Source of the DNA: Synechococcales cyanobacterium VAR_4_metabat_354
GTDB lineage: Bacteria; Cyanobacteriota; Cyanobacteriia; Cyanobacteriales; Chamaesiphonaceae
DNA: 64,000 nt
Direction of reading: 5' to 3'
NCBI GenBank assembly: GCA_031414775.1
Contig: JANOQI010000033.1
Span: 30,581-94,580, forward strand
Positions 22,034-32,953 of the stretch are shown here, piece after piece (within the stretch, counting starts at the first letter, position 1; each line of letters starts with the position of its first letter). The translations under genes were made by a program, and so were the position numbers. The notes beneath the pieces are model-generated. The model was given only the letters and a program-made list of their open reading frames with translations. It made no database searches and was not told the DNA's origin.

Positions 22034-22106
22034 CGATGAATCGCACTCATAGCTTGGTTTGGAGAATCAGCTCCAGTTGGTTTAAACAGGGGTCTCGATA
22101 CTAAAT

Positions 22107-23429
22107 ATGGGGACTGTAAATTCCTCCATTCAAGAAATTGCCCCCCGGCTAGCTGTGATTTTCTTGCTCATTGCGATTAATGCTTTCTTTGTGACAGCAG
22201 AATTTGCGGTGGTCTCCGTCCGCCGATCGCGGATTAACCAGTTAGTACACAGTGGTGATCTGCGCGCGCGCTCTGTCCAAAAATTGCAGGAACAGCTTGA
22301 TCGGCTACTGTCCACTACCCAACTGGGTATCACCCTCTCCAGTTTGGCTTTGGGCTGGATTGGGGAGAGAGCAGTCGCTCAATTTATTGCACCAGCATTA
22401 AGCAACTGGCTAAGCGGTATCTATGTGGCTCATTCTTTAGCCATCATTTTGACTTTTTCACTACTAGCTTATCTACAAATTGTGTTGGGAGAATTGATTC
22501 CTAAATCGATCGCTTTGCTATATGCCGAGCAACTAGCGCGAGTGTTGGGCGCTCCGAGTTTAACTATTGCTCGGATTTTTCGGCCTTTAATTTGGGTGTT
22601 GAACCAATCTACCAACGTCATTCTGTGGCTGATCGGGGTTAAAGATACAGACCCGATGCGTCACCGGGTGTCTTCTCAAGAATTGCAGTTGATGATTGCA
22701 ACCGATCGAGAATCTATTGGGCTAGAAACTAATCAACGCAAGATTCTCAGCAAAATCTTTGCCCTCAATACCGTGACGGTGGCAGAAGTGATGGTACCCA
22801 GACCCCGCATGACCACGGTCCCCGCGACCGCCACTTGGCGGCTAGTGATGGAGCAAGTAGCACAGACCAATTTTTCACGCTACCCAGTTACGGGCATTTC
22901 TACTGACGAAATTATTGGAATTATTCATTTTCGCGATTTGGCGAAGCCCTTAGCGGCTGGCCGGATTAGCTTAGATAGCCCCATCAAATCTTTGATTCGT
23001 CCGCCGGTTTTTGTGCCGGAAGCTACTTCGATCGATGAACTAATTCTGCAAATGCAAGCCTCCGGCACCGCGATGTCCATGGTTGTAGATGAGTATGGGG
23101 GCATTGTGGGTTTACTAACTCGCAAAGATGTTATTGCTAAAATTTTAGGCGAGCAAAAAGAGGACTATCCTAAACCCAGCCCAATTTTACCGGCGGGCAA
23201 AGATACTTTTTTGGTGCAGGCGCAGATCAATATTAGCGAACTGAACAATAGTCTCCAGCTCAACCTCCCGCTAGCTGATGAGTATCAAACTCTGGGCGGC
23301 TTTCTCATGTACAGATGGCAACAAATGCCCCAAATTGGGGCACCCTTAAAGTATCAAAACCTCGAACTAACAGTAGTACTCACTGATGGAATGCGGCTCG
23401 ATCGAGTGCGTATTCATCGCGGGTCGTAG
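22107..23429 (+). CDS. HlyC/CorC family (DUF21-CBS-CorC) protein
   Basis: NAFFVTAEFA, QLGITLSSL, GELIPK, VMVPR, SRYPV, VVDEYGG. Confidence 0.9.
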   Translation: MGTVNSSIQEIAPRLAVIFLLIAINAFFVTAEFAVVSVRRSRINQLVHSGDLRARSVQKLQEQLDRLLSTTQLGITLSSLALGWIGERAVAQFIAPALSNWLSGIYVAHSLAIILTFSLLAYLQIVLGELIPKSIALLYAEQLARVLGAPSLTIARIFRPLIWVLNQSTNVILWLIGVKDTDPMRHRVSSQELQLMIATDRESIGLETNQRKILSKIFALNTVTVAEVMVPRPRMTTVPATATWRLVMEQVAQTNFSRYPVTGISTDEIIGIIHFRDLAKPLAAGRISLDSPIKSLIRPPVFVPEATSIDELILQMQASGTAMSMVVDEYGGIVGLLTRKDVIAKILGEQKEDYPKPSPILPAGKDTFLVQAQINISELNNSLQLNLPLADEYQTLGGFLMYRWQQMPQIGAPLKYQNLELTVVLTDGMRLDRVRIHRGS

Positions 23430-24097
23430 GGCAAGGGATCTGATAGTTCTAACTCAGCAAAGGCCGCCAGCCGAAGCCGACAAGAATCACAGACCCCACA
23501 AGATTGCTCGGTGCCGCTATAGCATGACCAAGTATCTGCCCAGGGCACTCCTAATTGGTTGCCCAGCAAGATAATTTCGGTTTTGCGTAGTTGAATGAGA
23601 GGTGCCTCAATCGTAATTGGTTGACCCTCTCGTCCCTGCTTAGTTCCTAAGGTAAACACGGTCTGCATCGCCTGAATATAATCCGGGCGACAGTCGGGAT
23701 AGCCGGAGTAGTCCAGAGCATTCACACCAATATAGACCCGCTCGGCACCAATGGTTTCGGCATAGGCCAGCGCAAAGCTCAAGAAAATCGTATTTCTAGC
23801 TGGGACGTAGGTAACGGGAATATCGGCGGCCATTTGGTCTAAATCGCGATCGATCGGTAAGTCGATTGATCGATCGGTCAAAGCCGAGCCACCCCAACGT
23901 TGCAGGTCAAAGTTTATGACTTGATGTTCCACCACCTGCGCAGCTGTGGCAATAACTTGGGCGGCCACCAGTTCGCGCTGGTGGCGCTGTTGATAATCAA
24001 ACGACAGGGCATAGCAACTGTAGCCATCCTGGCGAGCTTGATATAAAACAGTGGATGAATCGAGTCCACCGGAGAGGAGAATAACTGCTTTAGGCAT
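23414..24097 (-). CDS. queC: 7-cyano-7-deazaguanine synthase
   Basis: SGGLDS, YVPARN, YPDCR, TWSCY..CGVCDSC. Confidence 0.96.
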   Translation of the reverse strand: MPKAVILLSGGLDSSTVLYQARQDGYSCYALSFDYQQRHQRELVAAQVIATAAQVVEHQVINFDLQRWGGSALTDRSIDLPIDRDLDQMAADIPVTYVPARNTIFLSFALAYAETIGAERVYIGVNALDYSGYPDCRPDYIQAMQTVFTLGTKQGREGQPITIEAPLIQLRKTEIILLGNQLGVPWADTWSCYSGTEQSCGVCDSCRLRLAAFAELELSDPLPYDPR

Positions 24098-24317
24098 GAA
24101 CTTGGTAAAAATCTACAAAAATTAGGTAGAGAGAAAACGTGAAGAATCACTTACAATTGGATGGTTGCACTTAACAATTTGCAACAAATAGGTTAACTAG
24201 ATTGGAACACTAAGTCTCAATTCTTGGTCTCCTAGAAATAATGGCTACTGAGGTGGTCTCTGGGATAACTGGATCAGGGTTCTATCAAGTGGTGTTGGTG
24301 GAGGAGTTATATTTAAG

Positions 24318-25382
24318 GTGAAACATAACATGTCAGCAAGACAAATAAATGGACAGCTGCGTACACAAATGACAATGCCACAACAACCACTAAGAGTGGG
24401 GTTGATTGGCGTTGGTAGCATGGGTCAACACCATGCTCGGGTTTTGAGTTTACTCAAAGGCGTTAAATTTGTGGGCATTGCCGATGTCAATGTTGAGCAA
24501 GGTCTTGAGACCGCCAGCAAGTTTCGGGCACGTTTCTTTGAAGACTATCAAGAATTAATTGAACATGTCGATGCTGTCTGTATCGCTGTCCCCACCCGTC
24601 TTCATTACGAGGTGGGTATTAAATGTCTAGAAGCTGGTATTCATGTTTTAATCGAAAAGCCGATCGCCGCCACCATCGAAGAAGCTGAAGCCCTCGTCAA
24701 TGCTGCTGCCGAATCTCAAGCGATTCTACAAGTTGGCCACATCGAAAGATTTAATCCGGTGTTCCAAGAACTGAGCCAAGTGCTGAAAACCGAAAAAGTT
24801 TTAGCACTAGAAGCTCACCGAATGAGTCCATATTCTAACCGCGCCAATGATGTGTCGGTGGTTTTGGACTTGATGATTCATGATATTGATCTGTTAATGG
24901 AACTAGCTGGTTCCTCGGTGGTAGGTCTCACCGCTTGTGGTAGTCGGAGTGGCGAATCTTCTAGATATTTGGACTACGTGACCGCGACCTTGGGTTTTGC
25001 TAATGGGGTAGTGGCGACTTTAACAGCGAGTAAGGTCACTCACCGCAAAACCAGAAGTATCACAGCGCACTGTAGTCATTCGCTGACCGAAGCTAACTTC
25101 TTAAACAATGAGATTTTGATTCATCGTCATCATGCTGACAAGCTCAATGAATATCATCAGGGTCTATATCGTCAGGATGGATTGATTGAGAAGGTCTATA
25201 CCAGCAACATTGAGCCACTTTATGCCGAGTTAGAGCATTTTGTGAACTGTGTCCGCTGTGGTAATCAGCCATCGGTGGGTGGTGAGCAAGCACTGAAGGC
25301 TTTGCGGCTAGCGATCGATATTGAGCAAATGGCTCTGGATGGTAAAGTCTGGCAACCGGCGCTGGCTGCTGTTCCTGTCTAA
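24318..25382 (+). CDS. Gfo/Idh/MocA oxidoreductase
   Basis: IGVGSMG, EKP, GHIERFNP, DLMIHDID; exact start uncertain. Confidence 0.88.
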   Translation: MKHNMSARQINGQLRTQMTMPQQPLRVGLIGVGSMGQHHARVLSLLKGVKFVGIADVNVEQGLETASKFRARFFEDYQELIEHVDAVCIAVPTRLHYEVGIKCLEAGIHVLIEKPIAATIEEAEALVNAAAESQAILQVGHIERFNPVFQELSQVLKTEKVLALEAHRMSPYSNRANDVSVVLDLMIHDIDLLMELAGSSVVGLTACGSRSGESSRYLDYVTATLGFANGVVATLTASKVTHRKTRSITAHCSHSLTEANFLNNEILIHRHHADKLNEYHQGLYRQDGLIEKVYTSNIEPLYAELEHFVNCVRCGNQPSVGGEQALKALRLAIDIEQMALDGKVWQPALAAVPV

Positions 25383-25417
25383 GATTGTATCAACTATTCA
25401 TATTGTTAATTAATAAC

Positions 25418-25451
25418 AACCCCAGCTTTTACTAAAACTGGGGTATTTTTT
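25418..25451 (+). terminator. Intrinsic terminator
   Basis: accccag..ctggggt stem then T-tract. Confidence 0.6.
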
Positions 25452-25601
25452 GTCGGTAAAACCGCAACCAGCATCTGTTTCCTGGTAGCAAGCTTTAGAG
25501 TGAAATTAATTCAATTTTTGGAGTGTGAGGATGATGGGTTTATTTTTAGCCAATGGGCGAAAAAATTCATGTAATCCATCCCCAGCGGAACCGCCATATC
25601 A

Positions 25602-26663
25602 TCAACATTCAGATCGCGAATCTCCCTCATACAAATTCATCACTTCCGTAATTGGTAATCGCGACTGCACTGCCAAATCCAACGACGACACATGACCGCG
25701 ACCCAGATGATCCGCTGCCGCACACCCGATCATCGCGGCATTATCTGTACAAAACTTCAGCGGCGGAAAAATCACCCGCCAGCCTTGAGCAGCCCCGGCC
25801 TCTTGTAAATGCTGACGCAAACAGCTATTCGCGGCCACTCCACCGCCCACCGTAATGGTCGTTAAGCCATAATCCAAAGCACAATTCATGACCCTTTTAG
25901 TAAGCGCCCGCGCCACGCTGTGTTGAAAACTAGCCGCGATATCTGCCACCGGCAACTCTGGCTCAGTCAGTTCTAACTTTTGTACCAACCGTAACACCGC
26001 AGTCTTCACCCCACTAAAACTAGAATCGTAACGATGAAAACCACCCGTGGGCAGTGAGACGTTACCTTCGGGTAAGGGATATTTGAGCGGATTGCCTTGA
26101 ATGGCCATTCGATCGATCTCTGGCCCCCCCGGATAGGGTAGTTTCAGCAACCGAGCTACCTTATCAAAAGCCTCCCCAGCCGCATCATCGCGAGTTTCGC
26201 CCAACTGTTCGTAAACGCCACAATCTTTCACATAAATCAAACTAGTATGCCCACCCGAAACCAACAAACTTAAAAATGGCGGCTGTAAATCTGGCTCGCT
26301 CAGATAGTTCGCATAAATATGACCTTCTAGGTGATGCACCCCAATCAAAGGTTTATTGTGTAAAATCGCCAAAGTTTTAGCCGCCGTCATCCCAATCAGC
26401 AAAGCACCCACCAAACCAGGTGCTGCTGTCACGGCCACCCCATCGATCATAGGCCAACCCATCCCAGACTCAGTAAGGGCTTGGGCAATTACATGATTCA
26501 CCGTTTCCAGATGTTCGCGGGAAGCAATTTCTGGAACGACCCCGCCAAAAGGGGCATGAGTAGAGATTTGGCTAGCCGTTACCTGACTCAGAACTTCACG
26601 TTTATTTACAATTGCCACTGAAGTTTCGTCACAACTTGTTTCAATCGATAAAACTGTTGGCAT
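25602..26663 (-). CDS. tsaD: tRNA N6-adenosine threonylcarbamoyltransferase
   Basis: [45 protein letters not shown]. Confidence 0.96.
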   Translation of the reverse strand: MPTVLSIETSCDETSVAIVNKREVLSQVTASQISTHAPFGGVVPEIASREHLETVNHVIAQALTESGMGWPMIDGVAVTAAPGLVGALLIGMTAAKTLAILHNKPLIGVHHLEGHIYANYLSEPDLQPPFLSLLVSGGHTSLIYVKDCGVYEQLGETRDDAAGEAFDKVARLLKLPYPGGPEIDRMAIQGNPLKYPLPEGNVSLPTGGFHRYDSSFSGVKTAVLRLVQKLELTEPELPVADIAASFQHSVARALTKRVMNCALDYGLTTITVGGGVAANSCLRQHLQEAGAAQGWRVIFPPLKFCTDNAAMIGCAAADHLGRGHVSSLDLAVQSRLPITEVMNLYEGDSRSEC

Positions 26664-26820
26664 TAGCTGATAATTTATTGTCAGATGGTTCAGTACTATA
26701 TCCACCATAGCTCAACTTTCAGCTGAGTTATTTGGGCATAGTGCCTATATCAAGATCAAAGCACCATTTGGTGTTTTGTACATAAAACTTTGTGTTTTGT
26801 TGCAAAAGGAAACAATCGCG

Positions 26821-27318
26821 ATGCGGAAAATTTTAGGTATTATTTTTGCTGTCTGTTTGTGGTTTAACTTTGCGCCTTCAGTTGATGCTTCTGAAGTAGC
26901 TGGGTTAGTACCTTGCAGTGAGTCTAGCGCGTTTCAACAACGGGCGGCGAATGCACGGAACACGACATCAGACCCTGATTCGGGTAAAAAACGTTTTGAA
27001 CGTTACTCTCAAGCTCTTTGTGGTCCAGAAGGTCTACCTCATCTCATCGTAGATGGTCGGCTCGATCGCGCTGGTGACTTCCTAATTCCTGGCGTGATGT
27101 TCTTATACATCGCGGGTTGGATTGGTTGGGTAGGCCGTGCTTACATCATTGCTGCTCGGAAGAGTGGTAAAGCTGAAGAAAAAGAAATCATCATCGATTT
27201 ACCTTTGGCAGTTAGCTGCATGGCTCAAGGTCCCCTCTGGCCACTAGCCGCCTTTAAAGAGTTTGCCTCTGGTGAACTGATTGCCAAAGAATCAGAAATT
27301 ACTGTTTCTCCCCGCTAG
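26821..27318 (+). CDS. psaF: Photosystem I subunit III
   Basis: Signal peptide; [40 protein letters not shown]. Confidence 0.97.
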   Translation: MRKILGIIFAVCLWFNFAPSVDASEVAGLVPCSESSAFQQRAANARNTTSDPDSGKKRFERYSQALCGPEGLPHLIVDGRLDRAGDFLIPGVMFLYIAGWIGWVGRAYIIAARKSGKAEEKEIIIDLPLAVSCMAQGPLWPLAAFKEFASGELIAKESEITVSPR

Positions 27319-27360
27319 AAATAGTTTTTGACTTACGACATCAATTTTGGAGAACCATTC

Positions 27361-27486
27361 ATGGATCACTTCGTTAAATTCTTGAGCACTGCACCAGTAG
27401 TAGCTACCCTATGGATGACCGTTACCGCCGGGATTTTGATTGAATTCAATCGCTTCTTCCCCGATCTCCTCTTTCATCCTTTGTAG
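27361..27486 (+). CDS. psaJ: Photosystem I subunit IX (not in ORF track)
   Basis: Translated by hand: [41 protein letters not shown]. Confidence 0.96.
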   Translation: MDHFVKFLSTAPVVATLWMTVTAGILIEFNRFFPDLLFHPL

Positions 27487-27557
27487 TGGATGATGAGAAG
27501 TAGTGCTAGTTCACTATTTCTCATCATAATATTTATCTTTTATTAGAGAGGTTCCTA

Positions 27558-28031
27558 ATGCCTAATCAAGTTGTAACTAATGTTGGCGATAGCCAAATCG
27601 GCAACCTAGCAACTCCGGTCAATGCTTCCGGTATTGTTAAAACTTTTATCGGCAATTTGCCTGCTTACCGCCAAGGTCTATCGGCACAACGTCGGGGCTT
27701 GGAAGTAGGCATGGCACATGGCTATTTGCTCCTCGGCCCTTTCACTTTGCTAGGTCCACAGCGTAATGGTGAACATGCTCACCTATCAGGTTTGTTGGCG
27801 ACTGTTGGATTGATAGTCATTCTCACTGTTTGTCTGTCCCTATATTCCAGCGTGATGCCTGCTGCTCCTTTAGCGAGTGTTACTGTTCCCAAGATGCCTG
27901 CTGACTTACAAGGTCAATCGGGTTGGAATGAATTTACTACTGGCTTTTTGATCGGTGGAATGGGCGGTGCTGGTTTTGGCTATTTATTATTGGCTAATAT
28001 CCCCATGCTCAATAGTTTGGCTCCTTTTTAA
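27558..28031 (+). CDS. psaL: Photosystem I subunit XI
   Basis: GNLATPVN, NLPAYRQGLS..RRGLEVGMAHGY, GW..F..GFLIGGMGG. Confidence 0.95.
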   Translation: MPNQVVTNVGDSQIGNLATPVNASGIVKTFIGNLPAYRQGLSAQRRGLEVGMAHGYLLLGPFTLLGPQRNGEHAHLSGLLATVGLIVILTVCLSLYSSVMPAAPLASVTVPKMPADLQGQSGWNEFTTGFLIGGMGGAGFGYLLLANIPMLNSLAPF

Positions 28032-28057
28032 AAGTTGTAGTTCAAACATGTTTTGCT

Positions 28058-28088
28058 AGAGGCGTAACCAAATACGCCTCTAATTTTT
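28058..28088. terminator. Terminator after psaL
   Basis: tagaggcgt..acgcctcta stem plus T-tract. Confidence 0.65.
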
Positions 28089-28099
28089 TGGTTTCCAAT

Positions 28100-29791
28100 T
28101 CATCCGAAAAATTTATCTAACTGTTCTTGCCAAATAAACTGCAGCAAATAGCGTAGTCCCACTAAACCACTCAATCCAGCTAAGCCAAAACAACACCAAA
28201 CCCAAATGATTTGTGAAATGGGGAGCAATAATATTCCGGCTACCAAACTAAAGGCGCTGACAAATAGATACACCAGGCTGCGCCCTGCCAACTGCAAACG
28301 TTTCAATAATTTGGCCTGAGCGATCGATCTAGCAGTCAACTCGGCTTCTGTTTCTGCTAATTGATCTTCTAACTGCTGAATCAATGTGGTGGCATCGGCA
28401 TTGCCTCGCAGTCGCTGAGTAATAAAGTTGCGAGCCTGTTGACCAATGCGCCGTCCGATCGTCTTCCGCTCAGATATAACAATCCGCCTAATAAAAGGCT
28501 GGGCGGCGGCGACCAAGTTATATTCTGGGTCTAAAGTGCGGGCGATGCCGTCCAAAGTCGAAAGCGCTTTCAAAATAGCAACCATCTCTGATGGTAACCG
28601 AAAGGGTTGCTGAGCATACATATTGGCCACCTCTAAGCGGATTTCCTCAAGCTCCTGCATATTGACCGGTCGTTCGGTAAATCGATCGAGCAAAAAGCTA
28701 ATTACTTTCTTAATCGGTCGCATATTTTCGACTTCGACGAGTAAACCCATGGCAGTCAGATTCTGCACCACAGCTGCCGAGTCTTTCCGAATAATTGACA
28801 AGAACGTGTCAATCATCTGCTCTTTGGCATTGGACGGCAGCTGGGTCATCATCCCAAAATCATAGACTGCTAGCTTACCCTCGCTAGTAATGGCCATATT
28901 GCCGGGATGGGGATCGCCTTGGAAAAAGCCATCAATCATCAGTTGTTGCAAATAACAGCAAATTCCGATTTGATTGATTTTCGCTGGCTGAAAACCAGCT
29001 GCGATTAATTCTTCCTTTCGATCGATCTTAATACCCGGTAGATAGGACATGGTGAGAACTTTGCTAGTCGTCAAGCGCCAGTAAATAGTCGGGGCAATCA
29101 CCATCTTTTGGTGGCGAAAATTATGCCGGAATCGATCGGCATTTTGGCCTTCATTTACATAGTCAATTTCTTGAAATAACAGGGTGAAGAAGTCTTGATA
29201 AATAGCGGTTAGTCCGTAGGTGCGCGTCCAGGGAAACCTACTTTCACAGAACTGCAATAGCTGCTGTAAAATCTGAAAATCCAGCTGAAACAGTTCTTCT
29301 AAGCCCGGTCGCTGCACTTTTACCACCACCAGCTCGCCACTGTGTAGCCGAGCCAGGTGAACCTGACCCAAACTAGCAGCAGCGATCGGCTGAGGTTCAA
29401 ATTCTTGGTACAGCTGGCCTAAAGGCTGGCCGAACTCTCGTTCAATAATCTTGATCGCAGTAGCAGTGCTAAAAGCTGGCACCCGATCTTGGAGCTGAGC
29501 CAAAGCTTCCACGTACGCAGTTGGTAGCAAATCGACCCGCGTGGAGAGAGTTTGACCAATTTTAATGAAGGTTGGTCCTAACCTAATCAAAGTATTAACT
29601 AATTTCTGAGCCGGGCGGCGTTGACGCTGAGGACGATTTTTATTGAGTAATAAATCGGTGGAAATGAACAACAACACATCGCCCAATGCCTGAAAAATTT
29701 TGATCTGACGCTGCAATGGCAAGAGCTTTTTGGTAATTCGATGGCGGTTGGTCACCAAATCAGCAGAATTGATAGACTGCTGCCTAGTCAT
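28100..29791 (-). CDS. AarF/ABC1/UbiB kinase family protein
   Basis: LGPTFIKIGQ, AAASLGQVH, VKVQRPG, DPHPGN, DFGM. Confidence 0.93.
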   Translation of the reverse strand: MTRQQSINSADLVTNRHRITKKLLPLQRQIKIFQALGDVLLFISTDLLLNKNRPQRQRRPAQKLVNTLIRLGPTFIKIGQTLSTRVDLLPTAYVEALAQLQDRVPAFSTATAIKIIEREFGQPLGQLYQEFEPQPIAAASLGQVHLARLHSGELVVVKVQRPGLEELFQLDFQILQQLLQFCESRFPWTRTYGLTAIYQDFFTLLFQEIDYVNEGQNADRFRHNFRHQKMVIAPTIYWRLTTSKVLTMSYLPGIKIDRKEELIAAGFQPAKINQIGICCYLQQLMIDGFFQGDPHPGNMAITSEGKLAVYDFGMMTQLPSNAKEQMIDTFLSIIRKDSAAVVQNLTAMGLLVEVENMRPIKKVISFLLDRFTERPVNMQELEEIRLEVANMYAQQPFRLPSEMVAILKALSTLDGIARTLDPEYNLVAAAQPFIRRIVISERKTIGRRIGQQARNFITQRLRGNADATTLIQQLEDQLAETEAELTARSIAQAKLLKRLQLAGRSLVYLFVSAFSLVAGILLLPISQIIWVWCCFGLAGLSGLVGLRYLLQFIWQEQLDKFFG

Positions 29792-31029
29792 TAGGGCACT
29801 CCCAGGGGCAGAAATATTTCAAAACAGGTGATGGCCAACTGTCCATCGGCGGGCTGTTCTGCTAAGGGGAGACTACTCACCATAATTTCACCTTGTAAAT
29901 GCTGTACTAAGGACTTCACCAATGCTAATCCTAGGCCAGTACCACCGATCGCCTGTTGGGTCACGCCTTGACCCCGCCGGAACTTACTAAAAATATAGAT
30001 TTGTTCCTCGACGGTGATCAGCTGACCGTGGTTTACGACCCGGATTGCTAGTCGCTCTCCAGTGATTACCTGGAACTCTACCGTGGTAAGAGGCTCAGCA
30101 AACTTCCCAGCATTGGTCAATAATTCTTGCAGAATACGACTAATACTCTCTGGTTCAGTCTGCCAGTTCCAAGCTGCGGGCAGGTCAACCCGAAGCTGGA
30201 GCTGTTTGCTAGCCCAGGTTGCTTGAAACTGTTGCAGCAAGGGCTGGACTAATTCGGGTAAATTTACTAGCTGTCGATCGAACTCCAGTTGTTTGGACTC
30301 CAATTGCTGGAGGGTCAGCAAGTCATTAATTAAATTAATTTCTTGGGTACATTGCTGTTCCACAATTTCCAGATATTTAGTGCGCCGCGCTTCATCCAAA
30401 TCGGGCTGTCGCAGCATCCGAATTGCCAGCGACATACTAGTGAGTGGAGTGCGCAGTTCATGGCTAATAGTGCTGATGAATTCATCCTTAATCCGGTTAC
30501 TTTCATCCAGTTGTTTAATCCGGCGCCGGTTAGCATCTTGCAATTTAGACAACAAATTTTGGCTGCTTTTCAATTGAGCCGTGCGCTCATCAGCAAGTGC
30601 TTGCACCTGACGCATCGATTGCTTGGAAACTTCTACTTGCTGCTGAAGATGAGCCTGGGTAAAAGTCAAGGCCAGCAAATTGGCAATGCCCCTTAAATTT
30701 TCTTGGTCAACCGTTGTCCAATTCTCCTGAAATTTGGCCACCGCCAAAAGCCCTTGGGCGACAGCAATCCAGATCACCTGATAACCAGCCAGCTCCAAGG
30801 CTTCCCCTGCGATAGCTGTTTGGATGCTGGTATATAATTGCGCTGCATTCAGGTCTGGTCGATCGTTATAGACCACCACCTGACCAGACATTGGCCACAG
30901 CCAACAGGTATCTGCTGCCCAAAACTTCGTCAAGCACTGGCCAACTTGGAGGAGATTGGTGGAGTTGGAATTCCCCATAATACTCACCAGCTGGCGGCTA
31001 AGTTGATCGATCGCGGTGGGATCTGACAT
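29791..31029 (-). CDS. Sensor histidine kinase (GAF-like input)
   Basis: SHELRTPL H-box, ELLTNAGKF N-box, GTGLGL G2-box. Confidence 0.9.
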   Translation of the reverse strand: MSDPTAIDQLSRQLVSIMGNSNSTNLLQVGQCLTKFWAADTCWLWPMSGQVVVYNDRPDLNAAQLYTSIQTAIAGEALELAGYQVIWIAVAQGLLAVAKFQENWTTVDQENLRGIANLLALTFTQAHLQQQVEVSKQSMRQVQALADERTAQLKSSQNLLSKLQDANRRRIKQLDESNRIKDEFISTISHELRTPLTSMSLAIRMLRQPDLDEARRTKYLEIVEQQCTQEINLINDLLTLQQLESKQLEFDRQLVNLPELVQPLLQQFQATWASKQLQLRVDLPAAWNWQTEPESISRILQELLTNAGKFAEPLTTVEFQVITGERLAIRVVNHGQLITVEEQIYIFSKFRRGQGVTQQAIGGTGLGLALVKSLVQHLQGEIMVSSLPLAEQPADGQLAITCFEIFLPLGVP

Positions 31030-31172
31030 GAATATCTAGATTGATGGTGGACTCGCCCAATAGTATCTATACTATTCCCAAGTTTATGATTGACAGTCGA
31101 ATTTCTGGGCAAAAATCGCCGATCGGCTGATAATAAGAAGGGATTTCTGCCAGCAGGTCTGCTGCTTTTTCT

Positions 31173-31514
31173 ATGTTACTAAAGTCTACAACCAGACACA
31201 TTCATATCTACACCGCCGAAATTAAAGATAATGAGTTGCAGCCCAGTGACCAAGTCCTCACCCTAGATGTTGATCCCGATAACGAGCTAGTTTGGGGCGA
31301 TGACGATCTGCAAAAAGTGTACCGCTACTTTGATGATTTGGTGGAAGCCTATAGCGGTCAAGACTTGACTGAATATAATTTACGGAAGATTGGCTCAGAC
31401 CTGGAGCATTTCGTGCGATCGCTGCTCCAAAAAGGTGACATTAGATATAATCTCAACAGTAGAGTATTGAACTACAGCATGGGCTTACCACAAGTGGCAA
31501 ATCCAACTGTATAA
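31173..31514 (+). CDS. ndhM: NAD(P)H-quinone oxidoreductase subunit M
   Basis: MLLKSTTRHIHI, LDVDPDNE, YNLRKIGSDLEHF, NYSMGLP. Confidence 0.95.
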   Translation: MLLKSTTRHIHIYTAEIKDNELQPSDQVLTLDVDPDNELVWGDDDLQKVYRYFDDLVEAYSGQDLTEYNLRKIGSDLEHFVRSLLQKGDIRYNLNSRVLNYSMGLPQVANPTV

Positions 31515-31867
31515 GTCATGACGGTATTGATTTCTGTCCCATTCTTGATCGTCTCGTTTATGCAACTTTTCATATCTTCTAATTCCCCATAGACCTTCCC
31601 TAGAGATGGCTGGGGCGTTTTTCCGGGACTAGCCAATAGCGGCATAACGCAAATGTCGAGTCTAAAAGTTACGCCTTTTGTCTCATGAATTTTAAACATG
31701 CTTCGGCTATTCTAATTTTGATAGGTAAGAGTAGCGACATTTTTCATTCCTTCAATAGGTTTGATAACCCTTTTAAAACTGATATAAAACCGAGTTACTA
31801 AATTTTAAATCCACTTTTTCAATAGACATTGAAGTTGCTCCCACCCTGTTTACTTAATTTTATTGGC

Positions 31868-31903
31868 TGTCCCTAGCGCTTCCCAGTGCCAGGGACATTT
31901 TTA
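31868..31903 (+). terminator. Intrinsic terminator upstream of the cbi promoter
   Basis: tgtccct..agggaca stem then ttttt. Confidence 0.5.
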
Positions 31904-31965
31904 TTGAGTAGTAAAGTTTCTAAAACTTCACGGCACCGGGCGATGGAGACTGATATACTGAGAAA

Positions 31966-32086
31966 AATTTTCAGAATGGGGAAAGCTTGGTGAAAATCCA
32001 ACACTGTCCCGCAGCTGTGAGGAGAGCGCTCGTCTCTAAGTCAGAATGCCCGCTGAAAAATTAATCCTATCTGCGAGGCACAGGTG
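31966..32086 (+). ncRNA. Cobalamin riboswitch
   Basis: GGGGAAAGCTTGGTGAAAATCCAACACTGTCCCGCAGCTGTGA...AAGTCAGAATGCCCG core, directly upstream of cbiMNQO; ends approximate. Confidence 0.85.
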
Positions 32087-32170
32087 ATAATTACTAAAAC
32101 CATTGAGTTTTGGAATCGGTGAACTACTGAGTTAGATTCGTCTCCACTTCATACCTTCACTGAAACCATC

Positions 32171-32953
32171 ATGAAAACAAAACGTCAAAAACTGGCATCT
32201 TTATCAGCGATGCTGGGATTAAGCTGTTATCTAATTCTTGGCTCCCCTCCCCCAGCCCACGCCATGCACATTGCGGAAGGATATTTACCTATCCAGTGGG
32301 CAGCATTTTGGTGGTTAGCAGCATTACCTTTCTTTTTATTAGGCTTACGTTCTATTAATCGCATTACTCAAGCACATCCGGAGCTTAAGCTGCTCTTGGC
32401 TTTGTCTGGAGCTTTTACATTTGTTCTTTCGGCGCTCAAAATCCCATCAGTTAACGGGAGTAGCTCCCACCCTACTGGAACTGGATTAGGGACAATTCTG
32501 TTTGGCCCACTGGCCATGTCGGTAATGGGAGGATTAGTGTTGTTATTTCAAGCGGTACTCCTTGCCCACGGCGGACTGACCACTTTAGGTGCCAATGCGT
32601 TTTCGATGGCGGTTGTCGGTCCAATGGTCGCTTATGTTGTCTACAATGCAATCGCCCGCACTGGACACCAGAAGATTGCCGTATTTATGGCCTCAATGCT
32701 AGAAGATTTGTGTACTTATTTGGTGACTGCGGTGCAGTTGGCTTTGGCTTTTCCGGCTGTCCAGGGTGGGTTTATGGCTGCTTTTATCAAATTTGTAGGT
32801 GTTTTTGCAGTTACCCAAATCCCCTTGGCGATCAGTGAGGGTTTATTGACCTTGTTAGTATGGAACTGGCTCCAAGATTATGGTCAGCAAGAATTGAAAG
32901 TACTCCAACTGTTTCAAAAGGGAAATAATTTAAATGCGGAAGTTACCGATTAA
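32171..32953 (+). CDS. cbiM: Cobalt ECF transporter substrate component
   Basis: Signal peptide ending AHA then [37 protein letters not shown]. Confidence 0.95.
   Translation: MKTKRQKLASLSAMLGLSCYLILGSPPPAHAMHIAEGYLPIQWAAFWWLAALPFFLLGLRSINRITQAHPELKLLLALSGAFTFVLSALKIPSVNGSSSHPTGTGLGTILFGPLAMSVMGGLVLLFQAVLLAHGGLTTLGANAFSMAVVGPMVAYVVYNAIARTGHQKIAVFMASMLEDLCTYLVTAVQLALAFPAVQGGFMAAFIKFVGVFAVTQIPLAISEGLLTLLVWNWLQDYGQQELKVLQLFQKGNNLNAEVTD

Noticed and set aside
24098..24317. Possible preQ1 riboswitch upstream of queC
   Set aside because: No recognisable preQ1 stem-loop and A-rich tail
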